This document shows, piece by piece, positions 9,887-20,354 of a stretch of DNA of 64,000 nucleotides (its first letter is position 1; the number at the start of each line of letters is the position of its first letter). A program made the position numbers and the translations under genes. Source of the stretch: a virus. Taxonomy: Duplodnaviria; Caudoviricetes. The notes below the pieces were generated by a model. It saw only the letters and a list, made by a program, of their open reading frames with translations. It was not told the origin of the DNA and did no database searches. The stretch spans positions 20,260 through 84,259 of the IMG/VR virus record IMGVR_UViG_2738541308_000001; one strand, written 5' to 3'.

Positions 9887-10213
9887 TTGCGCAACCCCCT
9901 GCAACTACTCGAAGCGACAGTTCTCTACCTGGAAGAGAACCCCGACAAGCACACCGAATACCACTGGCACGACGGAACAGTCGGCGGCATCGCCGGATGG
10001 CTCTGCATTTTTGCCGGCGCCGCCATCAACGGGACCGGTTTCAAAACATGGGCCACGTACCACGACGAAGACATCGGGATCTACGACCTGGCCCGCCAAC
10101 TCCTCAAATTGGACCGGGCCACCGCCAACGACATCTTCATCGCAGACAGCAAGGCCGACGCCCTCGCAGCCGCGCGGGCATACATCGCCGACAGGAAAGA
10201 GCACCACCGATGA
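9887..10213 (+). CDS. Hypothetical protein, paralog of 7724-8071
   Basis: Shared GTV..IAG and AR.LL.L...A..IF motifs. Confidence 0.65.
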   Translation: MRNPLQLLEATVLYLEENPDKHTEYHWHDGTVGGIAGWLCIFAGAAINGTGFKTWATYHDEDIGIYDLARQLLKLDRATANDIFIADSKADALAAARAYIADRKEHHR

Positions 10214-10578
10214 GTGACACCACCGACGAGCAGGTTGCACGCGCATTCGCAGCCACACTGCAAGAGCTCGACAAAGGCAGAGTGCACAACGAGCTCACCG
10301 ACCGCCTCCACGAACTGATCGCAGCGGCGCGCAGCACCGGCAAGGGTGGCGCACTGAACCTCTCGATCAAGATCACACCGGACAACAAGACCGACATGCT
10401 TCGGTTCTCGACGAACGTCACCGCGAAGCTCCCGCAGGCCGAGCGCGCCGAAACGCTGTTCTTCGTCGACAAGGAAGGCAACCCGACCCGCCAGGACCCG
10501 CACCAGCTGGCGATGTGGGAAGCGAACGAGAACCGAATGGCCGCAGTACCCGACCCGACCGAGAAGAAAGAAGCCTGA
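10210..10578 (+). CDS. Conserved phage protein (usual partner of DUF2303)
   Basis: TGKGGALNLSIKI...FFVDKEGNPTRQDP. Confidence 0.8.
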   Translation: MSDTTDEQVARAFAATLQELDKGRVHNELTDRLHELIAAARSTGKGGALNLSIKITPDNKTDMLRFSTNVTAKLPQAERAETLFFVDKEGNPTRQDPHQLAMWEANENRMAAVPDPTEKKEA

Positions 10579-10583
10579 CCAAG

Positions 10584-11447
10584 ATGTCTAATGCAGATCG
10601 CGACACTAGAGAAAACGAAGTAGTCGCCAACCTGGCCAAGCAGTCCGTCGACCGAGGCCACGCCGTCACCCCGGACCCGATCGACATCCACACCTTCACG
10701 ATCGCCGAAGGCTACGGCAGCGAAAAGGTGGTCACCAGCTCGTTCGAGCAGTACCTCCCGGCGCCGCGCCGTCAACGAGGAACTACGACGGTCACCGACA
10801 CCGAATCGTTCATCCAACTGGTCGCAGCGCAGACCCGACGCTGGTCCACACCCGAACAGACCGTCATCTTCGCCGACGTCGACCAGTTCAACGTCACCGC
10901 AATCCTCAACTTCGACGACTGGAAGGACCACCGCGTCAGCCTCGCCATGCAGCGAAGCCCCGAATGGCTGCTCTGGAAGTCCCTCGACAACAAACTCGTC
11001 ACGCAGTCGACCTTCGCGCAGCACCTCTCCGACGGACGCCGCTCGATCCTGTCCCCGGACGCCGCAACGCTCATGGAGATCGCACAGACCTTCAAAGCCA
11101 AGCGCAACGTCTCCTACGAATCGGGAGTCCGCCTGCAGTCCGGAGACGTCCAATTCACCTACCACGAAGAGACCAAAGCCGGTGCCGGAGTGAAGGGGAA
11201 CATCGAGATCCCCGAACGCTTCGAGCTGAACCTCCCAGTGTTCCTCGGCGGCACCGCATTCAAGTTGGGCGCCGACCTCCGCTACAACGCAGACAAGGAC
11301 GGACTCGGCCTCGGGTACCGACTCGACAACCCCGACGAAGTCGTGCGAGCCGCCTTCGCCACCGTCCTGAGCCAGATCGGCACCGACCTCGGCGAAGGGC
11401 ACCTGCTGCTGCAAGGCAAAGCGCCGCAGTCGATCACCGCGATCTGA
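10584..11447 (+). CDS. DUF2303 family protein
   Basis: WKDHR, SPEWLLW, IPERFELNLPVF motifs. Confidence 0.85.
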   Translation: MSNADRDTRENEVVANLAKQSVDRGHAVTPDPIDIHTFTIAEGYGSEKVVTSSFEQYLPAPRRQRGTTTVTDTESFIQLVAAQTRRWSTPEQTVIFADVDQFNVTAILNFDDWKDHRVSLAMQRSPEWLLWKSLDNKLVTQSTFAQHLSDGRRSILSPDAATLMEIAQTFKAKRNVSYESGVRLQSGDVQFTYHEETKAGAGVKGNIEIPERFELNLPVFLGGTAFKLGADLRYNADKDGLGLGYRLDNPDEVVRAAFATVLSQIGTDLGEGHLLLQGKAPQSITAI

Positions 11448-11703
11448 TCCGCTCCACCCCATGACGCCCGGCCGGGGCGGGTGAGGAAGACACCTCGCCC
11501 CGGCCCGGGCCACACAGAAACCGAGAACCCATGGACGAAACACCCGCACCTGAGCGGCGTCGGCTGAGCATGAGCAACCAGATCCTCCGCGGCCTGCAGG
11601 ACCCCCGTAAGCACGTCTACAGCGGAAGCCTCGACGCCGCAACGAAAGCCGAACGCCGCGCCAAGAACCGTGCCGCCCGCAGCTCCCGGAGGAAGAACCG
11701 CCG

Positions 11704-12159
11704 ATGAACCACAACGACTGGCGCGACTACCGCGCCTTCATCTTCTCCGGAGTACTCCTGTTCGTCGTCGTCCTCGTCGTCGGGGGCATGGCGACACTCG
11801 GCATCGGACTCTTCAAGAAAGAAACCGCCGACTTCCGAGGCGGAGTCGCCGCTACCGAACAAGTCCACGCCAACGGTGCATACCGCATCGCCGCGTACGA
11901 CCAGTTCTTCAACCGGTGCGCCGAAATCCAAAGCAAGGAAGCGACTATCGCGTTCCTGACCACCGAAGCGAAAGACGCGACCCCTGAACGCGTCGCACAG
12001 ATCAACTCCACCCTCACCGCCGTTCGCGCCGGACGCGCCGCCGACATCGCCCGCTACAACGCCGACGCCGCCAAGACCGACACACTCGCGAACTTCCTCG
12101 CCAGCAGCCTCCCGTACGCCATCGACCCGACACAGGACCACACAGCATGCGCAAAATGA
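11704..12159 (+). CDS. Membrane-anchored hypothetical protein
   Basis: N-terminal TM helix. Confidence 0.75.
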   Translation: MNHNDWRDYRAFIFSGVLLFVVVLVVGGMATLGIGLFKKETADFRGGVAATEQVHANGAYRIAAYDQFFNRCAEIQSKEATIAFLTTEAKDATPERVAQINSTLTAVRAGRAADIARYNADAAKTDTLANFLASSLPYAIDPTQDHTACAK

Positions 12160-12713
12160 CTCGACTCGCCGCCACGTGCGCCGCCGGCATCACCTCCATC
12201 GCACTCCTCGCCGGATGCGGACCGAACGAACCGGACTCCCGCAACTCCGAACGCGCCACCGTCGACAACACCTACGACAAGCTCGTCGCGAACCAGCCCG
12301 CACACAGCATGGACTTCTCGCCGACCCGCGCGACGAAGAACTTCTGGATCGACACCTGGGGAAAGAACCCCGGCAAACTGTCCTACGTCTACCTGCAGTC
12401 CGCCGACGGGAAGCTGCTCGGCTACTACGTACTCGAAGGACTGCCCGTCAACTACTGCACGAGCCTCGTTCCGACGTACGAAATCAACAGCAGCGAAAAC
12501 GGCAAGGTCGTCGTACCCCGACCCAGCATGGACGGCACCTGGTCATCGGGCAGCGGCGGCTGCAACGCCTACTACGGCAAGGACGCCACCAGCGGCGCAT
12601 ACATCGAATACACCGCAGGCCTGGGCATCAACGTTCTCCTCTACGACGCACCGCTCGCACGACAGGACGTCCAACCCCTCGGCAACACCCGCATCGAAGA
12701 CCTACCGAAGTAG
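12147..12713 (+). CDS. Lipoprotein
   Basis: Lipobox LLAGC. Confidence 0.8.
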   Translation: MRKMTRLAATCAAGITSIALLAGCGPNEPDSRNSERATVDNTYDKLVANQPAHSMDFSPTRATKNFWIDTWGKNPGKLSYVYLQSADGKLLGYYVLEGLPVNYCTSLVPTYEINSSENGKVVVPRPSMDGTWSSGSGGCNAYYGKDATSGAYIEYTAGLGINVLLYDAPLARQDVQPLGNTRIEDLPK

Positions 12714-12883
12714 GCCATGAGCCATCCCGAAGAGACACGGTTGGGCGACGGATTCCTCCTCGCCCAACCGCTGTCAGACGAGACCATCCACAAAGCGCGG
12801 CTCGCGGTCTGCGCCGCAGCCGATCACGCAGACGACGCCACCACCATGCTCGCCATGCTGGGAATCCTCCCCGGAGACAACCA

Positions 12884-13480
12884 ATGAAGATCGTCACCCA
12901 CACCAACGGCATCGACTTCGCCTTCCAACGAGTCCGGGAACTCCGACTCGACGGCCGAACCGACGACGCCGCATACCTGCTCACCTACCTGCAGACAATG
13001 GCCGCGTATGCGTCGGTGCATTCGCACCACAACTCGATCCCTTTCCGCGGCGACGAACCCGAAGACGAATTCCGGGTCAAGTTCGACGAAGCAGTCGGAC
13101 TGACCGCCCGAACCGATCGACCGGACATCATCCACGTACGACCGGCGTCCGAAAAGCCCACTGCGACATTCCTGTTCTGGGGTGAATCCGACGACTGCAT
13201 CGAAGTCGACGGCGCCGTACGCGAGGAGTTCAGCCAGTACAACTCGATGTGGACTGCGACCCTCACCGCACCTGACGGCAAACAGAAGATGCTCATCTCC
13301 GGCTGGTACGCCGACAACGGCTGCTGGAACTTCGCGGTCGGACAGGTCGACGAAGAAACACCGCTCCCGAAATGGCCGACCTCGATCAGCCAGCGACACG
13401 ACAGGGGAGAGCACTACTCGACGCTCCTCGAGGTCACCGCCCCGGCAGGCTCCACCCTCACTCCGAGCAAGAGCGAGTGA
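12884..13480 (+). CDS. Hypothetical phage protein
   Basis: Coupled ORF; FWGESDDCIEVDG module. Confidence 0.65.
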   Translation: MKIVTHTNGIDFAFQRVRELRLDGRTDDAAYLLTYLQTMAAYASVHSHHNSIPFRGDEPEDEFRVKFDEAVGLTARTDRPDIIHVRPASEKPTATFLFWGESDDCIEVDGAVREEFSQYNSMWTATLTAPDGKQKMLISGWYADNGCWNFAVGQVDEETPLPKWPTSISQRHDRGEHYSTLLEVTAPAGSTLTPSKSE

Positions 13481-13603
13481 TGGCCACCAAAATCCCGCCG
13501 CTCGATCCGGCAATGCAACGCGACATCGACGAAGTGCGGGCGCACATCTTCAACGACGGCTACGACACCGGATACCGGGCAGCGATGAGAGAGAAGGAAA
13601 CCG

Positions 13604-13861
13604 ATGGCAACGTACCGGGACAGTGAAGAATGGCGTGCCGTCGAGCAGGCCGTGTCGAACCTCGCGATGTCGGTGCTCGGCGAAGACTATCGGGCGGGGG
13701 ATTTCGTGCTGTGCGTTCACAGCATGCCGATGACTGATCGAGCCGAACATCTCGGCCACTACGGGCATTTCTCGACGAGCATCATGCCTCACGTCAACCG
13801 CGGATTACTCATCGAATCCGATGAATACTGGGGCGACCTGGCCGGATCGGACGACGAATGA
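13604..13861 (+). CDS. Hypothetical protein
   Basis: AAGGA RBS, ATGA overlap. Confidence 0.65.
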   Translation: MATYRDSEEWRAVEQAVSNLAMSVLGEDYRAGDFVLCVHSMPMTDRAEHLGHYGHFSTSIMPHVNRGLLIESDEYWGDLAGSDDE

Positions 13862-14490
13862 CCCGCTACTTCTACGACACCGAATTCATCGACGACGGCC
13901 ATATCATCGAGCTAATCTCGATCGGAATCGTCGCCGACGACGGCCGCGAGTACTACGCGGTCAATCAAGACGTATCGCAGGATCGGATACTGCAGTCGAC
14001 GTGGCTTCGGGACAACGTGTGGCCGTCGCTCCCTACCCGTGCCCTGACACAGCACGAGGAACTGATCCTGGGTGCCAGGCAATTCAGGCCACCAGCGCAA
14101 GCGCCACTGGCAACGGACCTGTACTACCGACTCGGAGCGATCGACACCGAAGCACCTGAAGTCAAACACAAGACGGTCATCGCTGACGAAGTGCGAGACT
14201 TCATCCTCCAACCCGCAGGGAACGAGATACGTGCCGACGTCGAACTCTGGGCAGACTACGCCGCATACGACCACGTCGCGCTGGCACAGCTTTTCGGCCC
14301 GATGATCGCTCTCCCGCACGGAATTCCGATGTTCACGAACGATCTGCAGCAGCTCGTCGGTCACGTCGTCGCACGTTCTACCCAGTCGTTGACGTTGCCG
14401 GTGCAGGAAAGCGGAGCGCATAACGCGCTCGCCGACGCCAGGCACCTCAAAGCCTGCTACGACGCCATCCGACAGATTGGTGGCGTCTGA
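13858..14490 (+). CDS. DEDDh 3'-5' exoribonuclease (Rv2179c-like)
   Basis: YFYDTEF, LISIGIVADDGREYYA, AYDHV, HNALADARH. Confidence 0.9.
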   Translation: MTRYFYDTEFIDDGHIIELISIGIVADDGREYYAVNQDVSQDRILQSTWLRDNVWPSLPTRALTQHEELILGARQFRPPAQAPLATDLYYRLGAIDTEAPEVKHKTVIADEVRDFILQPAGNEIRADVELWADYAAYDHVALAQLFGPMIALPHGIPMFTNDLQQLVGHVVARSTQSLTLPVQESGAHNALADARHLKACYDAIRQIGGV

Positions 14491-14491
14491 C

Positions 14492-15271
14492 ATGGCTGAA
14501 ATCGCGCACAGTGAACTGAAATTCAAGGCGATCGCCGACGCCAACACCGTCCTGCGCGGCCAAGTCGGATCAGGACTCCACGGCGTCACAACCGGCAACG
14601 ACGACAGAGACGAGATGGGTGTTTGCATCGAACCACCCGAGTTCGTCATCGGCGTCAGCAAATTCGAGCAATACCAGTACCGCACCCAGCCCGAGGGCGT
14701 CCGATCAGGTGCCGGCGATCTCGACATGGTCGTGTACTCACTTCGCAAGTGGGCACGACTAGCCGAGGCGGGAAATCCGACCGTACTACTGCTCATGTTC
14801 ATCCCACCGCACGAACTCGTCCTCAACACCTACGTGGGCGAGGACCTGCAGGCGCACCCCGAACGGTTCGTCTCACGGCAATCAGCCTTCCGATTCGCCG
14901 GATATCTGAAGTCGCAACGCGAACAGATGCTCGGCCTCCGAGGTAAGAAGCACACGAACCGACCCGAACTCCTCGCGGTCCACGGATTCGACACCAAATT
15001 CGCGTATCACATGGTCAGGCTTGGCATTCAGGGCGTGCAACTGTTGACCGAAGGCAAAATCACGCTACCGATGCCCGCCGGCGACCGCGCATGGTTGACC
15101 GAACTCCGTAACGGTGAACACACCCAGTTCGAAGCGCTCGACCGGGCAGCGGAACTCGAATCGCAGTTGATGCAACTATCGCGAACCGCCGACTATCCGA
15201 AGCAGCCAGACCGCGCACAGATCGACTCGTGGCTCGTATCGACCTACCGAGGATGGTGGGACTCGAAATGA
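14492..15271 (+). CDS. Pol-beta superfamily nucleotidyltransferase (RlaP/YcgL-like)
   Basis: GS..HG....DDRDEMG, GNPTVLLL, FDTKFAYHMVRL. Confidence 0.85.
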   Translation: MAEIAHSELKFKAIADANTVLRGQVGSGLHGVTTGNDDRDEMGVCIEPPEFVIGVSKFEQYQYRTQPEGVRSGAGDLDMVVYSLRKWARLAEAGNPTVLLLMFIPPHELVLNTYVGEDLQAHPERFVSRQSAFRFAGYLKSQREQMLGLRGKKHTNRPELLAVHGFDTKFAYHMVRLGIQGVQLLTEGKITLPMPAGDRAWLTELRNGEHTQFEALDRAAELESQLMQLSRTADYPKQPDRAQIDSWLVSTYRGWWDSK

Positions 15272-15804
15272 GCGACATCATCGACGAAATCGATGCACTC
15301 GTCGACGAGCAACTCAGCGCCTACGACAGCAGGTCCGGATACGACCACAACGTCAACCAAGAACGGTGCTGGCACTGCGGCCGAGAATGGCATGGACTCA
15401 AAATCACAGCGCGCATGGAAAGGATGGCCGCGCAGGTCGCCTACGACGAGGACTATCGCTACGCAGACGATGACAGCGAAGTCCTTTGCCCTGGTTCGAG
15501 TTTCATTGGACCGACCCGAATGCCCTATCGTGCGAATGTTCATGCAATCGCTATACCCGACCTGTCCGACCTTCCGTTCTCCTTGCAGGAAGCCATAGCG
15601 CGGGCAATCCGGGCGGCGTGGGGGCTCGACGTCGAACGCAGCGTCGGCCTGTTTCAGCAAATACCGACGACATTCGCGCCGGAACCGGAACCAGATCCCC
15701 GAACACCGCAAGAGCGAGCACTTCCACGTCCATCGCCCACACCACCGATGTGGGCAGCGCCGATCACACGCCGACACAACCGGCGGGTACGCCATGGCCG
15801 ATGA
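15268..15804 (+). CDS. Hypothetical phage protein with CxxC
   Basis: DIIDEIDALVDEQL, CWHCGREWHG. Confidence 0.7.
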   Translation: MSDIIDEIDALVDEQLSAYDSRSGYDHNVNQERCWHCGREWHGLKITARMERMAAQVAYDEDYRYADDDSEVLCPGSSFIGPTRMPYRANVHAIAIPDLSDLPFSLQEAIARAIRAAWGLDVERSVGLFQQIPTTFAPEPEPDPRTPQERALPRPSPTPPMWAAPITRRHNRRVRHGR

Positions 15805-15985
15805 CATCCCAAACGACTACAGCAACGTCATCCAGTTCACCGGCCAACGCCTCACGCCCGCGAACTACCAGTGCGATTGCGGCAGCGAATGGTTCAACGC
15901 TTCCATCGTCCTCGCCGGTAGGGAGGTCACCGGCTACCTCCTGCCGTTGACCTGCACCGAATGCGGAAAGGAACACTCCCCGTGA
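15794..15985 (+). CDS. Small Zn-ribbon protein
   Basis: CDCG...CTECG. Confidence 0.65.
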   Translation: MADDIPNDYSNVIQFTGQRLTPANYQCDCGSEWFNASIVLAGREVTGYLLPLTCTECGKEHSP

Positions 15986-16899
15986 ACCGCTACGCACTCG
16001 GCCTGAGCATCGCACTGTCGACCCTGGCAGTCATACTCATCGTCGCGGGAAACGCGCTACTGCCAGCGATTCTGCTCGCAGTCTCCGCCGGCAACATCAC
16101 CCACTCGCGCATGCTCACCCACCGGCGAGCCCACGAGGCGCGTCGACTGGAATCCGATCGGCGTGCAGAACTGTCCGCCCGAGCCGACCGCGAGCACTCC
16201 CAGTACCTGGTTGGCGACTCGATGTCGGACGCGAAAACCGAAGCCCGCACCGCGCTCGTCCAAGCTCTCTTCGACGCGGAGAACCCCACGCCGGGCCTGA
16301 TCGAGCGCGTCAATCGCGAGCTGTCCGCACCCGAACAATTGCTGTGCAATCTGACCTACCTGCGCCGGGAGTTGCTCGAACCGGAGAAGGGCGAAGATGG
16401 GGAACCAGCTCTGGAATCGGCACCGGACAGGGGAAGCGACCCCGACGGTGACTTCGTCACGATCGCGGCGTGGGGGAGGGTTGAACCGGTTCGCACAGAT
16501 GCGCTTCCGACGGCAACCGAATTGATGCCGACCGTCGACGATACACTCTCGAACGCCGCACGTATTTCACCGCGCGCCTACACCGCACACCCGGGCGGGC
16601 CCCGCCGCTGGTACCTCCCCACTGGGCGGCGCCCTACGCCGGCCGAGGGATACAAGGTCGTCGCAATCGCAGGCGGAATTGTCGACGGGATCGGCTGGAC
16701 GATCTGGGAAGAACGGCCACGAGAACGCGACAACGCCTCGAGCGCACTCGCGAAGGCTTACATGAGTGCCGTCCGGTCCTCGACTGAGGCCGAAGCCCGC
16801 GCCGTACGTCTCGCGGAAGAGTATGCAGCCAACGCCGACCGCTTCCGACGAATAGGACGGGAACGGGACGCACGAGAGAGAAGACGGAGGCGGCAGTAG
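15982..16899 (+). CDS. Membrane-anchored hypothetical protein
   Basis: N-terminal hydrophobic helices. Confidence 0.6.
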   Translation: MNRYALGLSIALSTLAVILIVAGNALLPAILLAVSAGNITHSRMLTHRRAHEARRLESDRRAELSARADREHSQYLVGDSMSDAKTEARTALVQALFDAENPTPGLIERVNRELSAPEQLLCNLTYLRRELLEPEKGEDGEPALESAPDRGSDPDGDFVTIAAWGRVEPVRTDALPTATELMPTVDDTLSNAARISPRAYTAHPGGPRRWYLPTGRRPTPAEGYKVVAIAGGIVDGIGWTIWEERPRERDNASSALAKAYMSAVRSSTEAEARAVRLAEEYAANADRFRRIGRERDARERRRRRQ

Positions 16900-17015
16900 C
16901 CTCGCAGCCGCGAATCGGTGCGCTATCCTCAACCCTAGCTATCTACTATCGAGCGCGATACTAGATAGCGCAGGTGGGGGGTAGCCCACCGCCCACGCAT
17001 GAAAGGTCGCGAGGC

Positions 17016-17450
17016 ATGGCCACGTTCTTCGTCCCCGGAATCCCCGCACCCCAAGGGTCGAAGTCCTTCAAAGGCTTCCGTGGCGGCAAACCAGTACTCG
17101 CCGAATCGTCCAAAGCGCTCCCGAAATGGCGCCGCACCGTCCGCGAAACCGCAGCCGTCAACGTCACACGCGACGCAGCGCTATTCCCCACACAAGCCGC
17201 GGCCATCCACCTCGAGTTCGTAATGCCCCGCCCCAAGTACGCCATCGGGAAACTTCTCCCCGCCGTCAAACGCCCCGACATCGACAAGCTGACACGCGCC
17301 GTCCTCGACTCCCTCTCCGGCGTGATCTACAAGGACGACAACCAAGTCACCGACCTCAAAGTCACCAAACGACTTGCCAGTTCAGACGAACCGACCGGCG
17401 TGCACGTGACCTACCGGCAGGACACCACCCACGAGAGCCGAAGCGCATGA
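17016..17450 (+). CDS. rusA: RusA family Holliday junction resolvase
   Basis: PGIPAPQGSK, KRPDIDKLTRAVLDSL, DDNQV. Confidence 0.92.
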   Translation: MATFFVPGIPAPQGSKSFKGFRGGKPVLAESSKALPKWRRTVRETAAVNVTRDAALFPTQAAAIHLEFVMPRPKYAIGKLLPAVKRPDIDKLTRAVLDSLSGVIYKDDNQVTDLKVTKRLASSDEPTGVHVTYRQDTTHESRSA

Positions 17451-17694
17451 ACGACTCACCGGAACGCCGAAACAAAATCGCAGCGATCACCACCAACTAC
17501 TGGCGTGGCCGCATCATCCAAGACGCCGTCACACTTCCTGCCGGAATGCGCGCGATCCTCCCCGCCGACCACACCATCACCATTCTCGACGCCATCGTGA
17601 AAGCCCTCGGAGGAGAAACAGACATCGCTGCACTGTCGATCGACCCGGACTCGACCCCAGCCCTCCAAATCCAATATCTGATCGGAGACGACCG

Positions 17695-17904
17695 ATGAAC
17701 TACGAACAGATGGTCAACGCGAACCTCGAAGTAATGCAGAAGATCGCCGACCAGCTCGAACGGATCGCAGACACACTCCAATCGCCACCAAAGGTCGACA
17801 ACACCATCAACGTCAGCACTGGCGTCAACGACCTGGTCAGTGACACCATCGAACGTGTCGGCAGCATCATCGGCGACCAGTTCTTCAAGAAGTCCGGTCG
17901 ATGA
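17695..17904 (+). CDS. Hypothetical protein
   Basis: Coupled ORF. Confidence 0.6.
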   Translation: MNYEQMVNANLEVMQKIADQLERIADTLQSPPKVDNTINVSTGVNDLVSDTIERVGSIIGDQFFKKSGR

Positions 17905-18683
17905 CTGCGACCCTCTACGTAGTCGGCGGCACCGGCGAAAAACCCACCGCACGACTACCTCACGGACTCTTATCCGACACCACACGCCGCGTCGGCACCC
18001 GATTCACGACCCAATGGATCGACTACCCCGCGGCCTACGGCATCGGATTCTCCTACGCAAACTCCGTCCACCACGCCAAAGCGCAACTCCGAGAACGAAT
18101 CCTCGCCACCACAGAGCCATTCGCAATCATCGGATACAGCCAAGGCGCGGACATCGCCGGCCGAGTAGCCCAGGAACTCGGCAGCGGCGCCCTCGACGGC
18201 CGCGACAGACTGCTCGCAGCTGGCCTCGTCGCGAACCCCATGCGCCACGAGACGGGAGAGTTCACCGGATGGGGCGTCGCCGGACAGCACGGCTCCTACG
18301 GCGCAGTGGCACAGAAGGTGTACGACTTCGCGAACCCCGACGACATGATCACCAACGCGGACCCGGACTCGCTCATACGCGACGTCGCCGACCTCACCCG
18401 CATGATGGGGCCGGACTTCTCGGCATGGGCGTTCGACATTCAACGGTTGCTGAAAGAGCGTTCATGGCAAAACCTCTGGCTTGCCAAGCGCTGGTGGGAT
18501 GCACCGTATCAGCGTGACCGCGTCCGCCGTGCTGGCCTCGAACTCGCCGGGTATCTGCCCGTCTCGATCCTCAACCCTGCCGGTGGACAGCACACCGCCT
18601 ACGACAAAACCCAGATGTACGTCGGGGGACCGACGTACACCGAACGACTCGCGCAACTCCTCACAGAAACGGTGAACACATGA
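17901..18683 (+). CDS. Cutinase/PE-PPE-like serine hydrolase (LysB-like)
   Basis: GTG, IDYPA, GYSQGA nucleophile elbow, NP.R, C-terminal H. Confidence 0.85.
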   Translation: MTATLYVVGGTGEKPTARLPHGLLSDTTRRVGTRFTTQWIDYPAAYGIGFSYANSVHHAKAQLRERILATTEPFAIIGYSQGADIAGRVAQELGSGALDGRDRLLAAGLVANPMRHETGEFTGWGVAGQHGSYGAVAQKVYDFANPDDMITNADPDSLIRDVADLTRMMGPDFSAWAFDIQRLLKERSWQNLWLAKRWWDAPYQRDRVRRAGLELAGYLPVSILNPAGGQHTAYDKTQMYVGGPTYTERLAQLLTETVNT

Positions 18684-19039
18684 CCTTCCGAATCGAAGAC
18701 GTCGCCCGCATCGCACACGAAGCGAACCGCGCTGTCCAACTAGTAGCGGGTGATCCCAATCCGTCGCCGCATTGGGACGCAGCACCCACCTGGCAGCGTG
18801 ACAGTGCAGTCGAAGGTGTGCAGAAGGCGCTCGCAGGGGCCACAGCGGAAGGATTGCACCTGTCCTGGTGCGAATCGAAAGTTAAGGACGGGTGGAACTT
18901 CGGGCCAGTCAAGGACGCGGAGGCGAAGACACATCCATGCCTCGTCCAGTACTCGGAACTGCCCGAAGGCCAGAAGGCAAAGGATCATCTGTTCGGCGCC
19001 ATCGTCAACGTGCTCGCACCCTACATCGAGGAGAACTGA
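18680..19039 (+). CDS. RyR domain protein
   Basis: HxSW...K...GWxFG...D...KTHPCLVxYxELP...KxKD. Confidence 0.88.
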   Translation: MTFRIEDVARIAHEANRAVQLVAGDPNPSPHWDAAPTWQRDSAVEGVQKALAGATAEGLHLSWCESKVKDGWNFGPVKDAEAKTHPCLVQYSELPEGQKAKDHLFGAIVNVLAPYIEEN

Positions 19040-19040
19040 A

Positions 19041-19274
19041 ATGACCGAGCAGCTACCTACCGTCGGACGAAGCGTCCACTACCATTCGTACGGCACCCCG
19101 AACGGCGAGTACCTCCCCGAACCCCGCGCCGCGATCGTCACCGCGGTACCCGACGACTACGACGGCACCCTCTCCCTCGTCATCTTCAACCCCACCGGAC
19201 AGTTCTTCAACCCCTCGGTCCCGTTCTCGCCCGAACCCAAACCAGGACACTGGAACTGGCCACCACGCGTCTGA
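19041..19274 (+). CDS. Conserved small phage protein
   Basis: PTVGRSVHY...RAAIVT...WNWPPRV. Confidence 0.8.
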   Translation: MTEQLPTVGRSVHYHSYGTPNGEYLPEPRAAIVTAVPDDYDGTLSLVIFNPTGQFFNPSVPFSPEPKPGHWNWPPRV

Positions 19275-19526
19275 CACCTCGCACACCCACCATGACTGAA
19301 CAGCCCTACGGCGTCGGTGGCCTGATCACCACCGCCACCGCGACTCGACCGCTCATCCTGCACCCCGACGAATGCGTCCGAAGTCCCCGCGGTGAAGTTC
19401 TCGTCTGCGTCCGACCCGCACACCAGAACCGACAATGCCCCGACCTGAACATCGGAGCGACCCTTGCCCTCCTGAAACACATCACTGCCGCGCAGCAACC
19501 GCACGACCAAGGGAGCTCTCTTGACC

Positions 19527-20192
19527 ATGGCGACCACACCGAACCACCGCACTGACGACGAAAGCCTGCACGCCGCCAGGCGCGCATTCGACGACGCAGT
19601 GCAACTACTCACCGGACCCCGCATCGACATCAAAAACGACGACAACGGAAACCGGATCGTCTGCACATCAGGTTCCCTGTACGCAGAAATGACCGAAAAC
19701 CTTGCAGGACAGCAGGGCACAGCTCACGGGGGAGTGGCCCGCTCACTCCCGCCAGTCTGGGTCGACGGCTTGGACTGGATTGTCCTGGTGGACAACACTG
19801 TCACAGCGTGGGCGCCAGGCTCGGACGGCGGCACCGCGACGCGGCTCGCCTATCTGGCGGACTGGTCATGGCGCCCGCAGGATGCGGTGTGGTTGCAGGC
19901 TGCGGCGATGGAGATCCGCACATGGGTCGAGAGTGCGGAAGAACTGATCGCGGGGCGCAACCGCTTCACGTTGGCCGCGGCGTGCCCGGCCTGCGGTGAA
20001 ACGCATGTCACGAGGACCGATTCGGACGGTGAGCACGTTCGGGTACCGGTCCTGCAGGTATCGCGTTCGGGTGCTTCATGCGTCGCTTGCGGGCACGAGT
20101 GGGGGTTGGACCGCCTGATGTGGCTTGCCCGCACGTTGGGTTGCGACCCGCTGGACGGAATCGACCCCGGTGTAGCCACAATCATCCGCTAA
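19527..20192 (+). CDS. Zn-finger phage protein, possible transcription regulator
   Basis: CPACG...CVACG near C-terminus. Confidence 0.7.
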   Translation: MATTPNHRTDDESLHAARRAFDDAVQLLTGPRIDIKNDDNGNRIVCTSGSLYAEMTENLAGQQGTAHGGVARSLPPVWVDGLDWIVLVDNTVTAWAPGSDGGTATRLAYLADWSWRPQDAVWLQAAAMEIRTWVESAEELIAGRNRFTLAAACPACGETHVTRTDSDGEHVRVPVLQVSRSGASCVACGHEWGLDRLMWLARTLGCDPLDGIDPGVATIIR

Positions 20193-20215
20193 GTGCTGGG
20201 TGTCTAACGCGATGC

Positions 20216-20244
20216 TAGACATCGAGACATTCATCAGTTAGTCT
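20216..20244 (+). promoter_or_regulatory. Promoter of Y RNA/Ro operon
   Basis: TAGACA-17nt-TAGTCT, ending 13 nt before first Y RNA unit; overlapped by two inverted repeats. Confidence 0.6.
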
Positions 20245-20257
20245 CGATCACGTCACC

Positions 20258-20330
20258 ACACCGGTGCGAAGCCCACAGGCAGTTACTTCCTCTTCGAAAT
20301 ACACTGTCGCCCGGCATTTTTACTCGGTGT
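20258..20330 (+). ncRNA. Y RNA-like unit 1 (short, no tRNA domain)
   Basis: ACACCGGTGCGAA...TTACTCGGTGT terminal stem with bulged C; TACTTC motif. Confidence 0.75.
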
Positions 20331-20354
20331 CACAACTTTTCTTACAACTCAATA

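Noticed and set aside
10137-11714. 525-aa minus-strand ORF and similar long antisense ORFs (31409-32677, 47958-49241, 50871-51920)
   Set aside because: Shadow frames of well-supported genes in high-GC DNA with no motifs
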